A stretch of DNA of 24,865 nucleotides, taken from contig JAYPBG010000004.1 of NCBI GenBank assembly GCA_038124075.1, forward strand, positions 4,173-29,037, in the 5' to 3' direction. Both the position numbers and the translations under genes were made by a program. The notes beneath the pieces were generated by a model. The model did no database searches. It was not told the DNA's origin and saw only the letters and a program-made list of their open reading frames with translations. This document shows, one piece after another, positions 6,501-18,500 of this stretch. The first letter of the stretch is position 1. Each line of letters begins with the position of its first letter. This stretch comes from Gammaproteobacteria bacterium (lineage in GTDB: Bacteria; Pseudomonadota; Gammaproteobacteria; Pseudomonadales; JAYPBG01).

Positions 6501-9500
6501 CACTATGGGGCACTGGGGGCTACGCAGTCGGTTGAGAATATCTCAAATGAAGGGCGTATCACCAAGCAAGACAGTGTTAACTTAATCGATGGCGGCAGCG
6601 CAGCCGTCTGGCTCGAAGAGGGCACCTTTACCTTAGCGCTCTACAGTGACGGCACTCCCAGCACACCTTACTCAACGCTCAACCACGAAGCGATCGATGG
6701 CGCAGAGAACCTCAGCATCGGCCAACTCAGTGACGGCCACTTAGTGATTGTTTGGAATCAAAGCAACGGCCATATTCGAGCGCAACGCATCGATCTCGAA
6801 AACAACGTGATCGGCACTGAATTTCAGATATCCACCTCGACCGCCCATGCAGTAGAGGCGATAACCGTTGAGGGCCTGGATAACGGCAACATGGTCGTTG
6901 CTTGGCAAGCCAGGCAGAGCCATGACAGTGATCAGATTATCTACAGCCGAACCGTAAGCAATACCGGCGCAGCCCTTTCGGATGTTCAAACGGTCAGCAG
7001 TCATACCGCCAACGGGGACAGTGCGCCCAGAATATTTGAATTAGAGGGCGGAGACTACCATATCCAGTGGTCCGCCAACACTAAAACGGAGCTTCGGCAA
7101 GTTATCTATGGTGACCTGTTTGCGGTATGGCAAGAGCATATCAACGATAATACGCTGATGCAGCGAAGCTACAACAGCTCAGGGGCAGCCCTAACAGACG
7201 AGATACAGATACACCCTGCACTGCCTGAGCAGATCAGTGGTCTCAATTACCAAACCCTCTCAAACGGTGACCTTGTGATTACATGGGTCTCCTCAGAGCA
7301 GCTTTATGGGCAGCGCTACAGTCAAGAGAGCCGCCAATGGAGTGCCGTCACCGCCATCGCTCAGGCAGAGAGTGCATCCGGGTTTGATCAGGTTGAGCAG
7401 CGTTGGCACAACGATCAGCTGGTGCTCTCACTGGTAGACGGTGCTTCGACTGAGCGGGTGATTCTAGACTTCAAACATTATGCCGAAGAGTGGATCCCCC
7501 AGAGCCGTCACAATGACAGAGAGAGCATCTCTTCATACAACTATAAAGGAGCGCTTACCCAGACCACCTCCCCTCTCGGAGAGAGCATCGACTATCAGTA
7601 CGACGCTGCTGGACGTTTAAAGAAAACCACCAACCATACTCTCTCTACTCATGAATATCACTACTATGACGGCGTTGGACGGTTGAAATATGTGGTGAAC
7701 GGCGCAGGCGAAGTCACTGAGACGCAGTACAACCACTTTGGTGAAGTTGAGAAAGTACTGCAATACGAAAACCGAATCAGTGACACCTCCAGTTTTACCG
7801 GTGGACTGCTGGGCTCCACTGACCCTGTCTCAAATGCTTTAGGCAGCAACGCATCCTTCATTACGGTAATCGAAAACAGGTATGATCATCAGGGTCGTTT
7901 GATCTCAACTGCGGATGGCAACAGCGTCGAAACACGACAGGAGTACAATGCGTTTGGTGAGCTTAGCCAGATCGCCAAAGGCGTAGAGGCCGCGTTAAGC
8001 AGCGCTGAAAGCTTTACCGCCTACCGTTACGACCGAAGAGGCTTGTTAACCCAAAGCATTAAAGATGCCACGGTTACAGAGACCGTCAACAGCGTCACGA
8101 CAACCCTACACCAGGGTGATGATTTAACAACGACCACTCACTACGACGCCTTTGGGCGTCTTAGCAAGGTCACAAATCATAATCATGCTCTACTGACAGA
8201 GAAAATATATGATCGCTGGGAAAGCCGCGTCGACACCAAAACCTATTTCAGCGAAAACAAGAGTGGCACTGAATCGATCGAGCATGACGCCTTTGGCCGC
8301 ATCAAAGCACGCTACCAGTTTGATACAACGGTAACACGCCCCGGTACCCCAGATGTAGAGTTCAGCTATAACGACAAAGATCAGACCATCACTCGAAGGG
8401 ATATCAACCAAAACAGCTCGGTTACCAAGGTCAACGGTTTAGGTGACACCGTTGAGCATAAAAATGCTTTAGGCATTATCACCCAGTACGAGACGGATGC
8501 CGCAGGTAATATTACCCGTATGATCGAGGCGGTAGGCCGTGATGAAGAGCGCGTTACCCAGTATGTCTATAACGCCGCAGGACAACTCCGCTTTGAAGTG
8601 GATGCTCTGCGTTACGTCACTCAGCATCACTATGATGATGCCGGACGCCTCATCGAACGCACACGCTTCGCCACTCAAACCTCGCTTTCATCTTTAGATG
8701 CACTATCATATGAGATGGTCGATGCTGCTGTGACAACCGATGCAGAGCAGGATCAGACCGATCACTACATTTATAACAGCCGCGGTTTGGTCATCTATCA
8801 TATTGATGCGATGAACTACGTGACTAAGAGTGACTATGATCATGTCGGTAACCTGGAGAGAAGCACCCGATTCAGCCATACCTATGCAGGCCCAGCCACC
8901 CAGAGCGACATTGAGCGTCCCGCTACAAGCGGCGGCCTTACAGCGAACAGCGCTCAAGACCAGCTGACCACCTATCAGTACGACGACCTTGGCCGCCTAA
9001 CAGCAGAGACACTCAAGCTGTTTGAGCATGGCGCCTACACCGATCTAACTGAATCTTACCAATACGATGCGCGTGGAAACCTAACGGCTAAAACGGATCG
9101 CCGCGGAAACATCACCACCTATGCCTATAACGATTTAAATCAGCTTACAGGTGAGTTGCGCCCGAAGCACTCTGTTGACGGCGATACCGCTGCTGCTGAT
9201 CGTAAGGGTTATTTGACCCACTATGAGTATGACCTTCAAGGGAACCGTACCAAAGAGACCCTCTATATGGCCGAGATGTCGATCTATAATAGGAGGGCCG
9301 ACAGTTATATAGACAACTCAGGGAATATCATTGCCAACTTAGTGACAACAACCGGCGGTGAATCCGGCGATCGTGTTACTGAGTATGAGTTTGATACACT
9401 GGGTAGGACTCATAGGGTTATTTCGCCTGAGGTGAACGGAAAGCATAGCATCGTTGAGAATCAGTATGACAGCATCGGAAACTTAGTCGATATTGTTGAA

Positions 9501-12500
9501 ATAGAGGCGAGCGGCTCAAGTGCGAATAATAGTTATATAGAGACTGTGTTAAGGGTGACGCACTTTGAGTTTGATGAGTTGGGTAGGGTGACCCATAAAT
9601 ATGAAGGTTTAAAGGAGATTCCAACAGGTTTCGCGGAAAACCTAACAGCACTGGAAAACCCCAGCTACAGCGACTACCTGGACTCTATTGAGCAGGACCC
9701 AGTTACACACACACTCACCCTTTCAATACAGACGCCCGAAAGCTTTTCAGAAGAGCCCTTATTGCGCATTACTGCGGATGGAGAGGTCATCTTCGACCAG
9801 CTGCCCCTCACTAGGAAAGGCTCCAATTTAATTGAGTTAGATCTGGATGATCGAATCCCCTCTTCATTAACGATACAACGTATTGATACAACAGGTACAG
9901 ATTTAACGATAGGCTATATTGAGCTGGCAGGTATACGGTTTGAACAGAATGAGTCGCTCACAATCGGCGAATCGATCAGCATGGACACAACGCATGCAAG
10001 CGAAAAAGAGATTGAGGCTCTCTTTCACTCATTAAGGGTATCTAAATTTGAGTATGATGCATTTGGAAATATCATCACCGAGTTGACCCCTAACGCACAT
10101 GAACTGGTCACGTCCAACAAACAGTGGGCTCAAAACGAACGTGCAAGAATAGCCGAAAAAGCTAGGAAGGGTGACTACAACCCTCTTTATACGCTCAATT
10201 CACTTATGGATCGTGCTTTACGAAGCTTGCCAACAGACAAAAACGATCTTACAGCTGTTCAATATGATGCCATCATTCAGCTTTACTCCAAAAATAACAC
10301 CTACGATGGACTGAACCGCTTAACTAGAAGCTCATACTTTGATGGCGAGTCAAAACAAGCAACATCATACGACGCCTTCAACAATGTTATTTCAACAGAA
10401 GACGCACTAGGCAACAAGACGGTACTTTTCTATGATGCTCTAAACCGCTTAAGGTTCACAAAAGATGGTGCCGGGTACGTCACAGAAAGAGCCTACAGTC
10501 ACTCAAATCTGGTAGAAAAAGAGACGAATTATCACCAGGCTATTCAGAGCATCACTGAATCCCACTCACTGAGTGAAATAGCAACACTGCTCGAACAGGC
10601 ATCCAGCAACCTTGTCAATACGGAGCACTATCAAGTCAATACCGAGACCCGGTATGTCTACGACAATGTGAACCAACTTAAACAGATTCAAAAAGAGCAT
10701 ATTCAACGAGACGGGCTCGAGCAGACCATCTATGAAACCTATGCCTATGACAGAAATGGAAACCAAATAAATCAATACATGTCTGATACAGCGGCTCACA
10801 ATGAAGCGGCACGCTCATACGAATACCGCTATGACGCGCAAAATAAACTCATATCTGAGCTAAAACCTGAGTCATACGTATCAGTGCGGAACAGCTCTGA
10901 CTCATACGTTTCTGTAAGAACCCGATTAGAAACAACTCAAGCTTACGACGCCGCAGGCAACCTTATATCAACAACAGAAGGCAGTAACTTTAGCAGCACT
11001 GATCTACAATACAAAACCGTTTTCACATACAACAAAAAAAACCAGATAACCAAGAGAATACAAACCTCGCACATCGAAACCTATAACCCAACTACTGACG
11101 CCACAACGGATGCGTACAGTGAAACAGTATACGAATACGACAGCCTAGGAAGAAACACCGCTTCAGAAGATCGAATTATTGCCAGCCATGATACAAACAA
11201 CATCATGCAGAGCAGGAGAACCCAAGAGGGTTATGATCTGTTCGACCAAAAAATATGGCAGGTGGCACCCAATGGGTCGTTGAACGTGACCGCTTATGAC
11301 CCATCAGGAAACTCATTCATTCTTAGGCAGTATGGTCATTCCGATCTTTCGAATACAGATTGGGAGAGCATTAAATCTCAATTAACCTCTGGTAGTGACG
11401 ACTATCGACAGACGACCCAGCTCTTCACCCTTTCCGGGAACCTAACAGAGTCCTCTCAGCGCACAGAGCACCACTTTGATTTAGATGCGGTGTTGGATCT
11501 CGGCAGCACTTACGGAGATTTTTATGGGTATTTTGAAGGATCACCAAAAACAGTAAGAGAGTATGACAAAGCAGGAAACCTTATTAAGGTACGAGATGCC
11601 AACCACAATAACACCTACTATTTTTATAACGAACGAGGTGAACAGATTGGAAAAGTTGATGCCGAAGGCTTTGTAACTGAATTCGAATACAGCCATTCAG
11701 GTCAACTCACAAGAGAAACAAAATATGCTATTGCACTAAGGGATGATGAACAGCCTTGGAATGAAAACAGCGACTTCACCACGCTCATCAACTGGGTAAA
11801 GAGTGACGACAACGCACTGTCCACATCAGTGACTCAATCACCCTATGTCATCAACAACTCTGACAATCGGACAACGATCCTAACCTACGACAGCTTAGAT
11901 CGCTTAATAGAAAAAGTAACAAGTGCCAATACAAGCACCACAGATGCCGCTCTTTCAACATCAAGCAGCCTCAACATCTCTAACAGTCAATTAAAAACCA
12001 TCTATCAGTATGATGAACGCGGTAACATGACTAAAGAGATCAATGCAGAGGGTGATGAGACAGATTTTAACTATAACAACTTGAATCAAACAATCAGCCA
12101 AATCGCACCCTCTATGATCGACTACAGAGGCAACTCAGTTCGCCTCAAAACGATATTCTCATACGACCAAAACGGAGAAGTCGTTAGGACCGACTCAAGA
12201 GGTGTACTCGCCTCGACTGAAGAAGATCTAAATTACGATCAATCCCTCACCCAGTCCACAACATTGTTGAGAAACTCTTCTGGATTTGTAGAGCAAGAAA
12301 AAAAGTTCAGCGCTTCGAATGAGTTTTCTACTACCTATTTTAATCACAACGGGTTTGGAAACGTTACCCGAAAGCAGTGGTCAATCACCAACCACGACGA
12401 CTCAACTCAACATTTCAAAACCACATTTCATTACGATGAGCTTGGAAGAGAAACCTCTCGTACAGACCACAACATTTATCAAGGTGATACAAGTGAAAGA

Positions 12501-15500
12501 GCCCGCGGCGCTCTCATCAGTGATACTTTAACGTATATGACCAGCTACAACGACTACGGAGATATCACTTCAAAAGGGACATATGCTGGTACCCAGCCAA
12601 CAGGTTTTCAAGCCCAAGAACAGTTCTTTTACAACAAACACGGCAGTGTTTTCAAAACAAATGCAGGAAATGGAACATGGAGGGTCTACCTCTATGACAG
12701 AGCTGGGAATGCCACAAATGAAATCAGTGCGGTAGAATCGTTCGATCTTAGAACACCTGAAGGAACAGTAACAAGTACACTTGGCTCTATTTCAAGCACT
12801 GGTCAAATTCATTCAGTGCCACTGCAAGATGTACAGATGAAATTAAGCCGTTTCAATGGTAATGGGCAAATTGTAGATGTATATGAACCGCCTATGGTGT
12901 TTGACAACCTGGTCGGTGATATTACACTCACACACGCCAGTTCAACCGACGGGACCACGGAGTCTACAACAGAAAGTGCATTAGAGTGGGGAGATATTAA
13001 ACTATCCCAAGTAGGTCAATGGACCAATATAGCAGGAAAAACCACATCCACACTGTTCACTCAACGCCTAAATAGAGACGTCTATGACTTTAGCGACAGT
13101 AACGCTATCGGCATAGCCAACACATTAGGGCTGAATACCGCAGCGCCCAACAAAACACTGCTCACCCCTAGCGCAGCACCTAAAGAGGATGTGATAAGCG
13201 ATATAACCACGAATCTCTTCAGCGCTTCGTTAGATATCTTAGAAGATCATGCTACTTTTACGGTGAGTCAATCCAGCCACTTAAATTGGACAATAGAGTT
13301 CTACTCACACGACCTTGATCGAATAGAACAGGAAATAACGAACAACACGCGCGGTCTATCATCCGGCATTCACCTCACACTAACAAGCAGTCAATATGAC
13401 ATACATGTCTCTGCTCAAGAGCGTTCAAGCGGAGAGACTGTAGTCAATTATACAAAAAAAGATGTACTGAATCCGATTGGCATCGACTCATTAGAGATAA
13501 CCTGGGATATAGAAAAAAAGATAACAACCACAGAGGTCTTAGATATAAACGGCTCGATACTTGAACGCTATACTAAACAGGATACAGATCACACGATTCA
13601 CGAGGAAGCACTAAAAAAGAGTTATACTACAACCGTCGATGCTAACGGCAACTCTACAACGAGCGTTGATGAGAGAACGGATAGTGCGAAGAAAGCACAT
13701 AGGCAATCACAGCTGGTGGGCCAAGCCCACAACAACGTCAGAGAACGATTCTTTGGTAACTACTTAAAACATGAACTCGACATAGACAAAGCCAATACTG
13801 TCTCACTAAAAGAGTTAGCCGACAATAATAACTATGGGACAATCAGCTACCTCCCTTCTGATAAATTAATTATCGGGCATAGAAGAGGTACACATGACGG
13901 CAAAACAACCCACAGAATAAAGACCATGAATTCACTGGCCGCCACCCCAGGTTCAAACCAAGAACTTTTTCTAAAGATGCGCTCAACTCAAACCACCAGC
14001 TATAATAGTCACCTGAGAAAAAACGTTAACAACGTTACGATTACCAAATCGGGAAGACGAATTAAAAACCCCTACATCATTCAAGACGAAACGTATGAAA
14101 GAGAACCGATAAGTTTTAATTCATCTAACGGTCTAGAAGCCGAGAGCTACCTTTACAGCGGCAGCATTTATGCAATGGATTCCAAGTTAAACTCTGATCA
14201 CGAGGTTACAGATGTTCGAATCAGCATAACAACTGCTGGCGGACACACTCGAGCATCGGGGGACGTCAACCTATACCGTCATTACAAAAACAACAAATAC
14301 TTTACCACTACAATCAACATTCCCGACCTACTCACAGTAGGACAAATACCAGATGCCAACAAAGTTGTTCTATACCACTATCGCAACGGCTCATTACTGA
14401 AATCTGTTAACTTAGAATATATAGAAAAGGATAGGAATTTCATTTGGGAAGACACCAACAACATTAATTGGGGCAGCGATACGTTCAAATTGAAAGCCTT
14501 CTACAAACCAGAGGAAGGTGGCAGCCAAAAAGACGAACTCATCATGTATGCTGATGGTCGATTCGACAGCAACTACACGCCCACGCTTACACACAACACA
14601 ATTCACTATGTTGAAAAAAATACCACCGGCGAAAAAGAGCGAGTCTACTTATCGGGTGTCTATGAAGACACCCTAGACGACCACTGGTATACAGACCCAG
14701 CTCAACGGAGCTACATCAAAAACATTGCCTACTCAATACTTAACACGGGTGACTCACCCACCTCGTCAAGTAATGATCTGTCAGATGACAGTACTACACC
14801 CATCTATGAAACAGATGACAACGGCGATTTCCAAGGAAACATTATTCACCGATCACAAAAATATAACGCATTCGGAGACATCATATCTGAAACCGATGGC
14901 CGAGGTTATACCACCTTTAACAGGTACAACAACGTCGGCTGGCTAGAAGAAACGCGCGCACCAGAAACCGATGTGTATAAAGAGTCCGGCTCGGCAATAC
15001 GACTTTCACCAACGAAGCGATATTTTTACAACGCATTAGGGGAGCTTGTGGCAAGCGAAGATGCCAACTCCACCTCCTCATCCGGCAGCTCTTTGTATGA
15101 AATACGCGTACGCGACAATGGCAAGGTCACCAAGGAGATACACCGAGACAGTGGCGTCAAACTATACGGTTATGATGTCTACGGCAACACACGAAGGGTA
15201 ATCGATGAGATAGATCAACATACTCGCAATGAATTTGACATCAACGGCAACATCACCTCAACAACAAAATTTCAAGTTAAAAGTGACGCAACAACCTCTG
15301 ATCGACGAAACCTAAATGTTAGCCTTGGGAAACTAGACACGTTAGCAACAGAGGAATATGGTTATGATGAGCTGGGCAAACGCATCTCTCATACCAATGC
15401 AATAGGCCTATCTGAACACTACATATATGATGGTATGGGTCGTATCCGCCTCCACGCAGAGCTGTCCGACCTAGGTATATTAGGCCCACAAAACACCTCT

Positions 15501-18500
15501 GGCCCAATTACCCGCTATGATTATGAGTTCAAAAATGAGCTAACACACCAAGGCAGTGGTTTCTTAAAAACGACCGCCAATGAATTAGCTGGCTTGGCGT
15601 GGAACTATCACAACAATGTTGCCAATGAGGCTCCATTCAATACAGACGAATACGAAGATTCAGTCCATATTATCGAAGCGTCACTCACCAATACAAACCC
15701 AAATGGGCACCACAAGATTATAGATGCTGAAAACTATTTTGGGAAAAAGCAGTATCACATAGACATGGGCGGCCATCGATTTGACTATGAATACAATGAT
15801 GCTGGATGGCTTGTCAAACAGACAGCCAATACAGGCGTAAGAGACGCTGCTTCTGGCGACTATGTTACTGAAACCCTAGGCGCTGGCGCCAATAAATATT
15901 TCCGTGTTGATCAACACATAACGTACGACTACTACGCAAACGGTCATTTAAAAAGCGTAAACGATACTGGAACCAACACGCAGTCGCGTTTTGCCTATGA
16001 TAAAAACGGCAACCGTATACAGGAGATCATTCATCACAACTCAGAAGATCTTGATATCGAAGAAGGTTCACAAGAAAACTACGAGCTTGTGCCCTACCAG
16101 GTAAGTCACGCAACGTATGATGAGTTAAATAGAATTAAGTATATCAACGATGCGGAGTACAGCGTCTTTTATGGCTATGATGCAAACAGTAACAGGCGGT
16201 TTGTAGGCAGCTACTTTCATGATGGCTCTGCCACCCCAAGCGATGAAGAAGTTGAAACCCTTCAATATTACAGTGATCGAGTCTCACAGTGGGGTTCTCA
16301 AGAAGTCAAAGTAAACATGAAAACATCCCTCTATGACGGTGTTGGGGCTAACTATGAGATTCTTGCAGATGGCGTTACGATCGGGAGTGGTACTTTAACG
16401 AATACCACATACCAGGAATTCACCTTTCACTATGAAGGCAGTCCAGCAAAAGAGATTCAAGTTAGATTCACAAATGATGCAGCTGACGACAATCAGGATA
16501 GAAACCTTTTTGTTGAGTGGCTTGAGTACCAAATGGTTCGATATCAATCTGATTCGTCGGCCGTCATTTACAATCGCGCCAATGACAGCATTAAAGGACA
16601 ATCTAGCATGGATCGAAATGGGTCTCTCCATTTTAATACATCCATGAAAGCAGGCTCATTATATGGCTACATCTACGACAGCATGGATCGATTCACCACA
16701 ACAATGGGCAAAGTGACCCTGGATGCTTCAGGTAATATTCACTCCATTAACATCGGGCACACGGGGTTTGAGCTCTCCTATAACAAATCAGGCCAGAGAA
16801 CTCAGCAAAAAAGTAACTTGAAATTACTGAACGGAACACCACAACAGGAAGTAGAACGGTACTACTATAATGGGCTGGGACAGCTCGCCAGAATAGAAAT
16901 CGGGACGAGTGAATCATCTCTAGAAACAAAAGGCCTAAAACTGCATGATGCTTCCGGTAGACTCGTTCAAGAGGCCCATGTCACATCATCGGGTGATATC
17001 ATTGCCAAACACTACAACTACACAGCTTATAATCAATTAAACGACTCTACGACCTATGAACCCACATCTACAAGCTCTTTGAGTGGTGCGATCAATCTCA
17101 ATAGTTTCAATCTTGTCTACAGAGATGATACAGACTTGCTCATATCTCATACAACACGAAACGGGCTATCAAAAAGCCAAACGGATCAATACTCATATTT
17201 GGTTGACCAAAAGACACTCGACATCATCAACCAGAAGAGATACGTAGACGGCAGCGTTGACACTGAGATCGACCTCTACTATCTATACTACCAATACGAT
17301 CGATTTGACGAGTTTAAGCTCAGCCAGGTGATCATTAAAGGAACGGGTGTTGATGATCACAGGGAGCATGGCTGGAAAAGTGGGTATTCACTATATCAAT
17401 ATAACGGCAATGGTCATGTACGTCAGGTTCGAGACGGTCATGCAAACAGAACGCTTAGTTACGTTAATAACCATCGGGGCATGGTTTTGCAGCGTCAAGA
17501 AGACCGCATGGTCTCCACTACTGAGTCTGGAAAGCCGTTCCATAGAGACTTTTACTATATGAATGGCATAGTCATAGGCGATGTTGGCAATGACGATACC
17601 ATTGCGAGCCGGGTCGATTATGCTCAAAGCTTGGCGCTTATCGATGCTGACAATCACAACGACATTGGCGACCGGGTTTTTCCAACAATAAGCGCAGATT
17701 TTGATCAGAACTTCCGACCCATTAATGCTAACTATCCCGCTAAAACAGGCACTCAGTACAGAACGGTAGAAGGCGATACTCTACAGGGTATTGCAGCTGC
17801 ACTTTGGGGTGATAGTAGCCTATGGTATTTGATTGCAGACGCTAATGCGTTATCAGCTGACACCGCCTTAGAACCCAATTTGAGCCTTCATATACCGAAT
17901 GTTGTGACAAACATTCATAATAACAGTGATACGTTTAGGCCTTATGATGCTGGGTTAGCCTTAGGTGATACGAATCCGACGTTGCCTGAACCGCCGCCTC
18001 CGCCGAGTCCTGAGTGTGGTGTTAAGCAGATCCTGATCGTTGTGGTTGCCGCTGTGGCTGCTGCATTCACAGCTGGAGCAGCTTTTGCTGCTATGGGCTT
18101 TACCAGCGCCGCAGCTGGTGGAGGTGCACTGACTTTGGGAGCTGCCATTACTGGAACGGCTGCGGCAGGCGCTAGTACCCTAGCCGTCGCTGGAGGTATA
18201 ATTGCTGCATCTGCTATAGGTGGGGCAGTAGGAAGCATTACCCGACAAGGTTTAAATATCGCCACAGGCGAACAAGATCACTTCTCCTGGAGCCAAGTAG
18301 GAAAAGAAGCCCTTGTTGGAGGTGTTTCCGGTGGTCTCACGATGGGCGCAAATGTCGGTTTGCAAGCCATTTCTAACAGTGGTAATTGGGCAAGTTCTGC
18401 AGCGACAATGATTCATAACTCACGTTCATCACAATATATGATGCATGCCGCAAGTAGTGAAGTGGGCAGAATCGCTGCGAATCAAAGCACCCAATTTGAG

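Noticed and set aside
10866-10924. Short internal duplication SYVSVR-NSSD-SYVSVR, whose TCATACG resembles the motif upstream of the giant gene
   Set aside because: It is a local coding duplication, and a 7-8-bp match is expected by chance in 25 kb.
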